Counted from the first letter of the stretch, positions 1 to 9,485 are shown. The stretch is 64,000 nucleotides of DNA from an uncultured Acidobacteriota bacterium (GCA_963741955.1 CAVUKB010000001.1:384001-448000); one strand, 5' to 3'. Numbers and translations are program-made. Notes: a model not told the origin generated them from the letters alone.

Positions 1-231
1 TGGCAACTGCTTCAGGTGAAGCACCTTCGGGAACATCCCCTGATCCTGGTCGGGAAGATGTGGGATGGCCTGATCGCATGGATGAACGATACGATGATGA
101 GCCGCGGACTGGTGAGTCCTCCGGACATGGAGATCGTCACGGTCGTGGCGACGGCCGAAGAGGCAATCCCGATCGTCGTCGAAGCATACGAAAGGTTCAA
201 GAAGGAAAATTCGAATGCCCACTCAAGATGA
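1..231 (+). CDS. LOG family (lysine decarboxylase-like) nucleotide-binding protein, 3' part (runs off window start)
   Basis: Frame 1 is open from base 1: WQLLQVKHLREHPLILVGKMWDGLIAWM...IVTVVATAEEA, a typical LOG-family C-terminus. Confidence 0.7.
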   Translation, partial: WQLLQVKHLREHPLILVGKMWDGLIAWMNDTMMSRGLVSPPDMEIVTVVATAEEAIPIVVEAYERFKKENSNAHSR

Positions 232-1294
232 AGTCATGCAGGCGCTGCGCGGCGTCAGATTTCCCGGTCTCTCGCGGGACATCGTCTCATTCGGATTCGT
301 TCGCGACGTCGCGATCGAAGGAACACGGGTCTCGTTCGCGGTGCACTTCCAGACCGAGAACCCCGCGATCGGAGAGCAGATCGCACGCGAAGCGCGTGCA
401 GCGGTGATGGAGCTGCCGGGCGTCAAGGACGTCGAGGTGAAGATCGAGGCGGCTCCTCGGGGCGCATCGCCGGCCGGAATGGGTAGCCAGATGGAGCCGC
501 TCGAGCACGTGAAGTACAAGATCGCCGTCGCGTCGGGGAAGGGAGGAGTCGGAAAATCGACCGTCTCGACCAATCTCGCACTCTCGCTCCGGATGCTCGG
601 CTACCGCGTCGGCCTCCTCGACGCCGACATCTACGGCCCGTCGCAGCAGATGATGCTCGGAATTCACGGACGTCCGCAGATCGACGCAGAGGACGAGAAG
701 ATCGTTCCGATGGAGCGCCACGGAGTGAAGACGATGTCGCTCGGACTGATCACCGATCCCGACACTCCGGTGATCTGGCGCGGACCGATGGTCATGAAGG
801 CGCTCGAGCAGTTCCTGATGGATGTGAAATGGGGAGAGCTCGATTTCATGATCATCGACCTCCCGCCAGGAACCGGCGACGCACAGCTCACCGTCACCCA
901 GCGGGTCCCGCTCTCGGGGGCGATCGTCGTCACCACTCCGCAGGACGTGGCCCTCATCGACGCGCGCAAGGGATTGGCGATGTTCCGGAAAGTCAACGTC
1001 CCGGTGCTCGGGATCGTGGAGAACATGAGCTACTACATCTGCCGGCACTGCGGAGAGCGCGAAGAGATCTTCGGACACGGCGGTGGACGGAAGACCGCCG
1101 AGATGCTGGACGTCCCTTTTCTGGGCGAAGTGCCGGTCGATCCGAAGGTGGTGGTTGGAGGGGACACCGGAGAACCGATCGTGGTGCTCGACCCCGAATC
1201 ACCCGCGACGAAGGCGTTTCTCGAACTGGGGCGCCAGATCGCCGAGGTGATGCAGGCGCACGAGGAGCACGACTCGGGGATCCGCGTCCACTGA
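215..1294 (+). CDS. apbC: Mrp/NBP35 Fe-S cluster carrier ATPase with N-terminal DUF59/MIP18 domain
   Basis: ASGKGGVGKST, DADIYGPS, WRGPM, DLPPGTGD and ENMSxxxCxxC motifs. Confidence 0.95.
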   Translation: MPTQDEVMQALRGVRFPGLSRDIVSFGFVRDVAIEGTRVSFAVHFQTENPAIGEQIAREARAAVMELPGVKDVEVKIEAAPRGASPAGMGSQMEPLEHVKYKIAVASGKGGVGKSTVSTNLALSLRMLGYRVGLLDADIYGPSQQMMLGIHGRPQIDAEDEKIVPMERHGVKTMSLGLITDPDTPVIWRGPMVMKALEQFLMDVKWGELDFMIIDLPPGTGDAQLTVTQRVPLSGAIVVTTPQDVALIDARKGLAMFRKVNVPVLGIVENMSYYICRHCGEREEIFGHGGGRKTAEMLDVPFLGEVPVDPKVVVGGDTGEPIVVLDPESPATKAFLELGRQIAEVMQAHEEHDSGIRVH

Positions 1295-1329
1295 CGATGA
1301 GGGCGAAGCCCCCGCAGGCTTCGAACGTG

Positions 1330-1356
1330 AAGAGGAGGCTCATAGCCTCCTCTTTT
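1330..1356 (+). terminator. Rho-independent terminator after apbC
   Basis: AAGAGGAGGCT-CAT-AGCCTCCTCTT hairpin ending in a T tract. Confidence 0.75.
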
Positions 1357-1505
1357 CGCATTCGCGCGACGGATCGCCGCTTTCGCAACCTCCTTTGATC
1401 GCCAACTTGCGACCCGCCCGTCCCGGCTCACGACGCGCTCCGAAGAACCCGGTTCCGGGCTCCGCCGTCTCAGTGATGAACGTCCACGACTCCAATCCGA
1501 GGTGA

Positions 1506-2057
1506 TTGATGCATGTGACCCGATGGATGGCAATCGTTCTGTTCGTGGCTCTCCCCGTCGCAGCACAGCAGCGCTCGCATCCGGACGCGCCGGTGCAGGA
1601 AGCGCTTCAGGCGGAGCAGAATCTCCGCCAGGCGATGCAGAGGTTCGCGGAGGAGAAGAAGGTGTACCAACGCGATCTTGCGGTCCTGGAGCATCTCGGA
1701 AAGGCTCATGCTGCTCTCGAAGATGCGATGCAGCCTGCGGTTTCTCTCGAAAAGTGTCACGACGAAGTGGAAGAAGCGCGCCGGTTGATCACAGACCCGC
1801 TCCTGTTCGCCGGGGTCCGCCGGGTCAGCGATGAGCTCGAGAGCGCGAGGCGCAGCCCCGGGATGGCGGACTTCGACCGGCTCCGGACCCTCCTTGTTCG
1901 CGAGACGCTGAATCGAGCCCGGGCCATCGTGGCGGAGAACTCACTGCGGGTGCAGAACGAAGTCGCTCAATGGCTCGCGGTCCAGAAGGGGATTGCCGAT
2001 CATCTCCAGGACCTGAACCGCGTCGGAGCGGATAGTCTGCGGAAGTCCCTAAAGTAG
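1506..2057 (+). CDS. Hypothetical secreted helical protein
   Basis: GAGGT RBS, signal peptide (WMAIVLFVALPVAA-QQ), coiled-coil-like body. Confidence 0.7.
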   Translation: MMHVTRWMAIVLFVALPVAAQQRSHPDAPVQEALQAEQNLRQAMQRFAEEKKVYQRDLAVLEHLGKAHAALEDAMQPAVSLEKCHDEVEEARRLITDPLLFAGVRRVSDELESARRSPGMADFDRLRTLLVRETLNRARAIVAENSLRVQNEVAQWLAVQKGIADHLQDLNRVGADSLRKSLK

Positions 2058-2148
2058 ACGTTTGTTGCGCCGGGCGGTGAGCGGATGGCGTGTGGAGAGC
2101 CCTGCGTGGTTCGTATTCCGTCGGCTCGCCAGGACTACAATCGGTGCG

Positions 2149-2670
2149 ATGTCCGTATCGAACGAAGCATCCACCCGCGATCTCGACACTCGCGATGCGA
2201 CGATCGGGAGAGTCCTCGCGTTTTTCGCGGAGATCGGTCTTTCTGCGCGGGAGGGTCCGTTGCCGGAGAAGACGTTCCTCCCCGGCGTGACCATCGACCG
2301 CGGCGCGCTCCTCTTCGACCGCGATGCGCTCGAGTATCCCGGCGATCTCCTGCACGAGGCCGGACACGTCGCCTTCGCGCCGCCCGAGATCCGGGCGACC
2401 CTCACCTCGGAGTCGTCGTTCGAGTTGGGGGAGGAGATTGCGGCGATCGCCTGGTCGTGGGCCGCGCTGGTCCACCTGCGGCTCGATCCGGAGATCGTCT
2501 TCCACGGTGGCGGGTACCGCGGCACCTCGCGTGCCTTCATCGAGAACTTCTCGACCGGCCACTATGCCGGCGTCCCGATGCTGGAGTGGGCGGGAATGAC
2601 GTTCGAGCCGCGCCGCGGGAGGGAGACCCCGGTGAGCTACCCGGCGATGCTCCACTGGCTCCGCCCGTAG
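2149..2670 (+). CDS. Conserved hypothetical protein with HExxH motif (possible metallopeptidase fold)
   Basis: FLPG...YPGDLLHEAGH...GEEIAAIAWSWAA...YPAMLHWLR; TACAAT box 7 nt before ATG 2149. Confidence 0.75.
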   Translation: MSVSNEASTRDLDTRDATIGRVLAFFAEIGLSAREGPLPEKTFLPGVTIDRGALLFDRDALEYPGDLLHEAGHVAFAPPEIRATLTSESSFELGEEIAAIAWSWAALVHLRLDPEIVFHGGGYRGTSRAFIENFSTGHYAGVPMLEWAGMTFEPRRGRETPVSYPAMLHWLRP

Positions 2671-2707
2671 CCCTGCCCGGGTCATCCGCAGGTCGCCCAC
2701 TCGACCG

Positions 2708-2990
2708 ACTCCCAGTGCCATAGGCACGATTGACAGTAGGCGCTCTGCGCCGGAAGCCGGGGACTCCGCGACGGAGACGAATCTCGCTGCCCCTCACGAA
2801 GCCGGGGCCGACGTCGTCGTGGCCGAAGTCTCAAGGACCCCCGCCCCCTCTTCATGCCATGCCGTGCACGGCTCGACGCTCGTCCGAATCATCCGCGCTC
2901 CAAGACTTTGGTACTCGACCCCACGAAGCGCCAATCACGTCCACTCGCGCGACGTTCCCTCTCCCCGTCCGGGGTCATGTCTTGAGCCGG
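2708..2990. repeat. Deleted/diverged copy of the ~341-bp repeat unit
   Basis: CCCAGTGCCATAGGCACGATTGACAGTAG...GGCCGACGTCGTCGTGGCCGAAGTCTCAAGGACCCC matches units at 3.78-5.47 kb with internal deletions. Confidence 0.85.
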
Positions 2991-3030
2991 CGTCCGCGAA
3001 AAGCAGATTCGGCACCGGGTTTCTCGTGCT

Positions 3031-3624
3031 TCACGTTTCTTCGAGCGCAGATTCGTCGCGCTCGGTCAACCGTCGCTCCAGCTCCTCGATCAGGTCGACG
3101 CCCTCGTCGCTTCCGTTCTCGAGGTAGGGAGTCACGAAGCTGATCTCCGAGAGCGTGTGCAGGACCTCCGAGATGCGCCGACTCGCCGTCTCGATGGTCT
3201 GGGAGGTCTGCTGTCCCTTCTCCCGTCGCGAAGCGATCTGCTGGAGAATCTGATTGTTCTGCTGGGCGAGATGCTGTGCCATCAGCGCCATCGCCCGCTG
3301 AAGCGTACGGATTCTCGTCTCGTGCCGCGCGAGCTGCATGTCCAGCTGGTGGGCCTCGTGGAGGGTGTAGCGAAAGCGGCCCCACAGAAAGAGAGCCAGT
3401 GTGGTCAGCACGAATTCCATCAGCAGAATTGGCAGAAAGGGGAAGGAGAACGCCGACCGCCAGAAGCGGTGCTCCAGATCGATCGACACGGCGTCACCGA
3501 TGAAGTAGGCCTCCATTCCCACCAGCCCGAAGTGCAACAGCATGCTGACGGCCGAGGCGAAAACGACCAGCAGGCCGTAACGCCTGCCGACCGCGAGCGT
3601 ACGCGATCTCCTGATCGGTGTCAT
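3031..3624 (-). CDS. Hypothetical membrane protein (2 TM segments plus coiled-coil tail)
   Basis: Two hydrophobic stretches followed by a helical, HisKA-like tail; sits between repeat copies. Confidence 0.7.
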   Translation of the reverse strand: MTPIRRSRTLAVGRRYGLLVVFASAVSMLLHFGLVGMEAYFIGDAVSIDLEHRFWRSAFSFPFLPILLMEFVLTTLALFLWGRFRYTLHEAHQLDMQLARHETRIRTLQRAMALMAQHLAQQNNQILQQIASRREKGQQTSQTIETASRRISEVLHTLSEISFVTPYLENGSDEGVDLIEELERRLTERDESALEET

Positions 3625-3699
3625 GGGGTCATGATCTCACGGTTCGCCGGGCAGAGCTCGACCAAGGGCACGCTCTTCACGCCACGCCTGTCCACGCCG

Positions 3700-5475
3700 C
3701 GGCGCTCGTCCGAACCATCCGTGCTCCCAAACTTTCGGATCCGTCCCCATAAGCGCCACCCATTCCCACTCGGGCGCCTCCCAGTGCCGTAGGCACGATT
3801 GACAGTAGCCCCGGGTGAAGGCGCGGTGCGCCGGAACCCGGGGACTCCGCGACGGAGACGATTCTCGTTGCCCCTCTCGAAGACCCAGGCGGGCGCGACG
3901 CGTGCCTGCGACGACGGAGCCACGGCCCGGAAGCATGTTCTGCACGCGGCGTGACCGCCGGGCCAGCGCCGGGGCCGACGTCGTCGTGGCCGAAGTCTCA
4001 AGGACCCCCGTCCGCTCTTTATGCCATGCCGTGCACGTCTCGACGCTCGTCCGAACCATCCGTGCTCCCAAACTTTCGGATCCATCCCCACGAAGCGCGA
4101 CCCATTCCCACTCGGGCGCCTCCCAGTGCCGTAGGCACGATTGACAGTAGCCCCGGGTGAAGGCGCGGTGCGCCGGAACCCGGGGACTCCGCGACGGAGA
4201 CGATTCTCGTTGCCCCTCTCGAAGACCCAGGCGGGCGCGACGCGTGCCTGCGATGACGGAGCCACGGCCCGGAAGCATGTTCTGCACGCGGCGTGACCGC
4301 CGGGCCAGCGCCGGGGCCGACGTCGTCGTGGCCGAAGTCTCAAGGACCCCCGTCCGCTCTTTATGCCATGCCGTGCACGTCTCGGCGCTCGTCCGAACCA
4401 TCCGTGCTCCCAAACTTTCGGATCCGTCCCCATAAGCGCCACCCATTCCCACTCGGGCGCCTCCCAGTGCCGTAGGCACGATTGACAGTAGCCCCGGGTG
4501 AAGGCGCGGTGCGCCGGAACCCGGGGACTCCGCGACGGAGACGATTCTCGTTGCCCCTCTCGAAGACCCAGGCGGGCGCGACGCGTGCCTGCGATGACGG
4601 AGCCACGGCCCTGAAGAATGTTCTGCACGCGGCGTGACCGCCGGGCCAGCGCCGGGACCGACGTCGTCGTGGGCGAAGTCTCAAGGACCCCCGTCCGCTC
4701 TTTATGCCATGCCGTGCACGTCTCGGCGCTCGTCCGAGCCATCCGTGCTCCCAAACTTTCGGATCCGTCCCCATAAGCGCGACCCATTCCCACTCGCGCG
4801 ACTCCCAGTGCCGTAGGCACGATTGACAGTAGCCCCGGGTGAAGGCGCGGTGCGCCGGAACCCGGGGACTCCGCGACGGAGACGATTCTCGTTGCCCCTC
4901 TCGAAAATCCAGGCGGGCGCGACGCGTGCCTGCGACGACGGAGCCACGGCCCGGAAGCATGTTCTGCACGCGGCGTGACCGCCGAGGCCAACGCCGGGGC
5001 CGACGTCGTCGTGGTCGAAGTCTCAAGGACCCCCGTCCGCTCTTTATGCGATGCCGTGCACGTCTCGACGCTCGTCCGAACCGTCCGCGCTGGAAGACTT
5101 CGGTACTCGACCCCACGAAGCGCCAATCACGCCCACTCGCGCGACGGTCTCCTATTCCCGTCCGGGGTCACGTCTTCAGTCGAAGCGTGCATTCGGGGAG
5201 AGGGAAGGGTGAGGGGCAATACCGAAAGTCAGATCCGACACCGAGGCCACTCGCCCCGTCCGCATAAGCGCCACCCACGCCACACGGGCGACTCCCAGTG
5301 CCGTAGGCACGATTGACAGTAGCCCCGGGTGAAGGCGCGGTGCGCCGGAACCCGGGGACTCCGCGACGGAGACGATTCTCGTTGCCCCTCTCGAAAATCC
5401 AGGCGGGCGCGACGCGTGCCTGCGACGACAGAGACACGGCCCTGAAGAATGTTCTGCACGCGGCGTGACCGCCGG
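3700..5475. repeat. Tandem array of ~341-bp near-identical units, each carrying a REP-like double hairpin
   Basis: Anchor TCCCAGTGCCGTAGGCAC at 3779, 4121, 4462, 4803 and 5293 (spacings 342, 341, 341, 490). Confidence 0.95.
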
Positions 5476-5646
5476 AATCCCCGCCGGGACCGTGAAGCAA
5501 GAGGCGACGAAGAAGTTCCTTGTCGCGTTTCCGAGGCGCCGCATTCGTTTTCCTTCCATGGTCATCCGCGCCTCTCGTCATATCGCCCGAACCCTCCATC
5601 CGGGCTCGTCTCTCGAGTGACTGAATCGAGTCGTTGACCGACCGCG

Positions 5647-6000
5647 CTATGGGAGATTAGGCCGCATCGTCGTCCAAACGACGAGCAGTGACGCCAGCCA
5701 GAAGAGCGTCGCGAGAATTGCCACGGTGCGCAGGAACCGCAAACGGCCTCTCGCCCGCGTGTCATCCACATCCGCGAGAATCCGCAGGCCCTTCTGCGCA
5801 CGCCACCAGGCGACCGGCGCGAGGATGAACCCGAACTTGACGCAGAGAATGAGCCAGCCGGTCGACTGATTCGCCAGGCGTAGCGCTTCCCGCGGAGACG
5901 GCGCCGCTCCCGATCCGTCCGCCACGCGGGGTCCATTGCACGACGGGCAAACGATGCGCCCTCCTGGAATCTCGTTCTCACAATTCGCGCAGATCATCAT
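5647..6000 (-). CDS. Zinc-ribbon plus 2-TM hypothetical protein (possible last cassette gene)
   Basis: CxxC...CxxC at the N-terminus, two hydrophobic segments. Confidence 0.7.
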   Translation of the reverse strand: MMICANCENEIPGGRIVCPSCNGPRVADGSGAAPSPREALRLANQSTGWLILCVKFGFILAPVAWWRAQKGLRILADVDDTRARGRLRFLRTVAILATLFWLASLLVVWTTMRPNLP

Positions 6001-6074
6001 TCCCTCGGCGGACCTTCATGCGGCCCCGCGCGACGAAGATGAAATACCACCGTGATGCACCCGTGCTCGTAGAT

Positions 6075-6400
6075 GTCGTCTCTCTGCGAGTGAGCCGGTC
6101 GTTGCCGATCTACGCCGAGATGCCGGAAGGTGTCGCCTTCGATGCGACAGATCCAGTGGTTGCGACTCTCAGCTCGGGCGAACAGCCCAAAGTGCTTCGT
6201 GTTCGATACCTGAAGGACGCAATGGTCGTAGAAGTGAAGACGGCGAACGGGCGAAGCGGCTGGGTCATGTACGATGGCGACGCCTTCTCCCTCAGCATGT
6301 GCAGACGACGATCGCGTGCCACGTCGAGCCGCCACATCGCGACGAGAACCAGGGCGACGGCCGTAACCACTGCGGTGAGTGTGATAACGAAGTACTTCAT
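6075..6400 (-). pseudogene. Cassette gene whose N-terminal TM segment is on the - strand and whose probable SH3-like body is on the + strand (apparent inversion)
   Basis: - strand from 6400: MKYFVITLTAVVTAVALVLVAMWRLDVARDRR; + strand ~6075-6297: VVSLRVSRSLPIYAEMP...VVATLSSGEQPKVLRVRYLKDAMVVEVKTANGRSGWVMY. Confidence 0.4.
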
Positions 6401-6420
6401 CGATTCGATACCGACGCGCG

Positions 6421-6521
6421 AGATAACACCGCGCGGTTCAGGGGCGCCGTCGACGCGCAGAGCGAAAGCATACCGCGAACGCATCGAAGGCGGCGGCCGC
6501 TGGGTAGGGGCTGAGTTATGC
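6421..6521 (-). other. attC site downstream of hicA
   Basis: - strand GCATAAC (overlaps the hicA stop) ... CAGCGGCCGCCG/CGGCGCCCCTG arms ... GTTATCT. Confidence 0.7.
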
Positions 6522-6707
6522 TCCCGGCCTTGGGATCTCGAGGTCCCGGCAGATCTTCTTCACGAGGTCGTCGAAGATCTCCCGATGACGCGGAACCGAT
6601 GTGACCTTCTATGCCTTTCGGTTTATGTAGATCGTGTGATTTCCACCTTCGCGAAAGAACTCGCAGCCGTGAGATTCGAGGTGTTGGATCAGATCGCGCC
6701 GTTTCAA
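6516..6707 (-). pseudogene. hicA: HicA mRNA interferase toxin with an internal stop codon
   Basis: MKRRDLIQHLESHGCEFFREGGNHTIYINRKA*KVTSVPRHREIFDDLVKKICRDLEIP; in-frame TAG at 6609-6611. Confidence 0.85.
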
Positions 6708-6925
6708 GCGGAGACCTTGATCGGCTCGCGAATGACTTCGGCGTCGTGGATCTCTTCCTCGGCGAGTTCGCGGTTGGCGGCAAGTACCATGCTGATCGCT
6801 TCCGCCAGATTTGCTCGAGCCTCCTCCAACGTCGCACCCTGCGTGTTCGCGCCAGGAAGTTCCTCAGCGAAGGCGATGTATCCGCCCTCTACCGCTCGAA
6901 ACACCGCTGTGAAGTTCACGTCCAT
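6704..6925 (-). CDS. hicB: HicB family antitoxin (short form)
   Basis: GGYIAFAEELPGANTQGATLEEARANLAEAI; stop overlaps the hicA start. Confidence 0.9.
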   Translation of the reverse strand: MDVNFTAVFRAVEGGYIAFAEELPGANTQGATLEEARANLAEAISMVLAANRELAEEEIHDAEVIREPIKVSA

Positions 6926-6944
6926 CACGTTCCTCGTCTCCATT

Positions 6945-7039
6945 TTGGCGCTCAGCCGCGCCAATCGCCCGCGAAAAGGTACCAACCTCGGGACGAGCGC
7001 GTTGCGGTTGAGGTCGGCTGCGGCGGTGAGCTATGCGGC
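6945..7039 (-). other. Degenerate attC-like site
   Basis: - strand GCCGCATAGC (decayed R'' box) ... CAGCCG/CGGCTG arms; R' box not recognisable. Confidence 0.35.
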
Positions 7040-7354
7040 TCGCGCCCTCAAGCCATGCGGAAACCGACCGGTGCGAGAAGCGCATGCCGATGTGCGCGGC
7101 AGGAAAGCGACCGGCCGACCGAATAATGAGAATCACGCTGGATGCCCTCATCGAGATCGGCCGTGCTGGCTACCCATTCATGTCGCTCTTGGTAACCGAA
7201 CCTCAGGATGACCAACAGTCGGCACCGTTCGAACGCGTTGGTTGAAACTTCGTCGACCTTGTTGCCAGCCGAAAGCTCGCGCGAAAGAACCGGCGCGAGA
7301 TGGTCGCAGACCGGCGGAAATTCGTTGTTCATCAACATTACGATCTCGTCCGCC

Positions 7355-7418
7355 GCCTGACGTTCCGGGTCAGCGGGGGGCCGCGCAGCGGACCGTCCAC
7401 TGTAAACGGTTGTCAGGC
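7355..7418 (-). other. Short attC site with GAC/GTC in place of AAC/GTT
   Basis: - strand GCCTGAC AACCGTTTACAGTGGACGGTCCGCTGCGCGGCCCCCCGCTGACCCGGAAC GTCAGGC. Confidence 0.7.
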
Positions 7419-7472
7419 GGCCGCTGACGACCAATTCGTGACGCCAGCCAGCCTCAAGAGAGACGTGCGCGG

Positions 7473-8200
7473 TCAAGAGCCGGCGATGGCGTTCTGACGG
7501 TCGTGCCACTTCGACAGGTTTACGCCTTTCACGAGCAGCCACAGCGCCGTGGAGAGTTCGGCGATGAATGGCGGCATCAGAATCACAGGAAACAACCGGG
7601 GCGCCAGCGCGGGGAAAAGGATCAGCACGGACCTGTTGATGAGGTAGCACACTCCCGCGAGCTGCATGCCGACCCCGAGCACCTTCGGCAGATACCCGGA
7701 GCGAAAGATCAAGTAGCCGAGAGCGATGCACGTCATGCCGAAGAAGATGAGGCCAAGCCCGAAGCCGTAATCGTGCGTTCTGAGCGACACGTACGCGAGC
7801 GCCTGAAGCTGTTGCGGCGTAAAGGCTCTCAGATACTCGGCATCGCCGAGGAGAAACGTGGGGATCAGTAGATTCAGCCTGTTCGCCACGAGCACGGAGG
7901 TCTGGACGAGGTTCGACAGGAGCGCGAAGAGCGCGATGTTGCGGTTCACCGGGCTGAGGAGCACGCAAAACACCAGCATGACGCCGATGTCGCACATGTG
8001 CATGAGGAGGTCGCCGGCGATACCGACGCGCCAGAGAGAAACGGATTGGGTGATGTGGTTCGCGGTGGCGACTGCGTTGCCCGAGACGATGAGCGGCCCT
8101 CTGGCGGAGACCTCCAAAAAATGCCGGCGGGGATGATGATCAGGTACAGCACGCCACCACTTCTCGCGTAGACCTGAGGGGTCGCGAACGAGGCGTTCAT
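7473..8200 (-). pseudogene. DUF4386 family multi-pass membrane protein, frameshifted near 8116-8121
   Basis: MNASFATPQVYARSGGVLYLIII-PAGIF in one frame continues as ...LIVSGNAVATANHI...GLIFFG...RSGYLPKVLG...LWLLVKGV in another; T6 run at the junction. Confidence 0.8.
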
Positions 8201-8247
8201 CGTGTTTCCCCTTGCATGGCCATCCGCCATCGGGGTTTGTGTCGCGT

Positions 8248-8748
8248 CATTCTCGCTCCCATCCACGAGCTAGGAGTCTGCGCGATAGAAACGTCCGTAG
8301 CGAGAAAGCGGAGCGCCGAGGCCAAATTCGTTCGGATTTGAGGTGCGTAGCGGTGGCTACTCGCCGAAAATTCGGACGGATTTGGACCGCTGATCCGCTT
8401 TCGCAGTAGGACGGTTTCTACCGCGCAGACTCCTAGGACCTTCTTGCGCTTCGCGAGTTCGCGCCCGCCGCCTTCAGACCACCTTTCGAGGCCACGGCCG
8501 CTTTCGACGATGGAACGAACGCGATCTCTCAGTTCCGTTGAGATCGGACCGGTATCCCAAGCCGCCTTGGCAAGAGCGAGCCAGAAGACGGGGCCCTCGT
8601 CTACGTCGAGAACCTCTTCAGCGAACTGTTTCGCTAGCGACGTGATGATCGTTTCACGCGACTCCAAGGCGTCGAAACGTCGCATGAACGCGTCGTATAC
8701 ATCAGCCGCGAAATCGTCCGCGAGAACTCCGATGCCCCAAGTACCCAT
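8248..8748 (-). pseudogene. DUF4259-like protein interrupted by the MITE
   Basis: MGTWGIGVLADDFAADV...PVFWLALA...KRKKVL; removing the MITE gives ...KKVLARGWERE*. Confidence 0.7.
8274..8432. mobile_element. 159-bp MITE with terminal inverted repeats and CTAG target duplication
   Basis: CTAG|GAGTCTGCGCGATAGAAACGTCC...GGACGGTTTCTACCGCGCAGACTC|CTAG. Confidence 0.85.
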
Positions 8749-8759
8749 GGCCCCCAACC

Positions 8760-8888
8760 GCCTAACGTCCCTTCACATCAGCCGCTCCGGGCCCAACGAG
8801 TGCGTTGGCGGAACGGCAGATGTGTAGACTGTAGGATTGTAACGCATGGAACGGCGGGGCCGGAGGCGGCTGCATGTGATAGTTAGCC
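8760..8888 (-). other. attC site downstream of mazF
   Basis: - strand GGCTAAC (contains the mazF stop) TATCACATGCAGCCGCCTCCGG...CCGGAGCGGCTGATGTG...GTTAGGC, with extrahelical bases. Confidence 0.9.
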
Positions 8889-9239
8889 GGCCGGGACCAC
8901 GAGCAATGAAGCCCTTCTCAAGATGTCGAGGATGGTGCCGGTCGGGAGCGATGCGATGAACTCTGCTCGACGATCGTGCCAGTCCAGGCTCTTGATTTGA
9001 TCGCTGAGGACGACGCCGTGGACGGGTAGCCCCTCCGGGAGCGCGACCTCAAACGGATAGCCTTTGACCTTGGAGGTGACCGGGCAGCAAACCGCTAGAT
9101 TTGTCTTCGCGTTGTACGAGCGCGGCGAGAGCACCACGGCAGGCCGGCGGCCCGCCTGCTCTCGACCTGCCTGCGGATCGAAACTCAACCAGACGAGATC
9201 ACCGCGCTCGGGGACGTACTTACCACGCTTCGTTGCCAC
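8883..9239 (-). CDS. mazF: MazF/PemK endoribonuclease toxin
   Basis: YVPERGDLVWLSFDPQAGREQAGRRPAVVLSP...CPVTSKVKGYPFEV...DQIKSLDW. Confidence 0.95.
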   Translation of the reverse strand: MATKRGKYVPERGDLVWLSFDPQAGREQAGRRPAVVLSPRSYNAKTNLAVCCPVTSKVKGYPFEVALPEGLPVHGVVLSDQIKSLDWHDRRAEFIASLPTGTILDILRRASLLVVPAG

Positions 9240-9462
9240 GGCTCGCCCCGGTATCAACCTCTTCGTGTCGATTGGTCTTCGTGATGCGAGCCACCAAATC
9301 CTCGAGTTCGAGATCGGGCTCCTTCACGGGGGCGATGATCAGCTTCCCGTTCCGCAGCGAGACATCCACGGCAGAGTTCTCCGACAGGTTCGTCTCTTTT
9401 GCGAACGGCTGGGGAATTCGGACGGCGAGGCTGTTGCCCCATTTCTGCAAACGCGTCTTCAT
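9220..9462 (-). CDS. mazE: MazE/AbrB family antitoxin
   Basis: KWGNSLAVRIP...LEDLVARIT..NRHEEVDTG...GNEAW. Confidence 0.95.
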   Translation of the reverse strand: MKTRLQKWGNSLAVRIPQPFAKETNLSENSAVDVSLRNGKLIIAPVKEPDLELEDLVARITKTNRHEEVDTGASRGNEAW

Positions 9463-9466
9463 GCAC

Positions 9467-9485
9467 GTAGCTACATTGAAGATAC
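9467..9485. promoter_or_regulatory. Imperfect palindrome, probable mazEF autoregulatory operator
   Basis: GTAGCTACATTGAAGATAC immediately upstream of the mazE start. Confidence 0.45.

Noticed and set aside
3621-5126. Long ORFs (501, 280 and 251 aa) across the tandem array
   Set aside because: They arise from GC-rich repeats that shift frame between units; Arg/Pro/Gly-rich with no domain character
5560-5645. Possible attC after the zinc-ribbon gene (GGTCAAC...)
   Set aside because: No convincing inverted arms or R' box
6018-7211. 397-aa + strand ORF
   Set aside because: Mostly antisense to hicAB and attC sites; only ~6075-6297 looks protein-like
7126-7360. Possible + strand cassette gene remnant (MRITLDALIEIGRAGYPF...)
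   Set aside because: Interrupted by a stop at 7243-7245 and no family recognised; too weak to call
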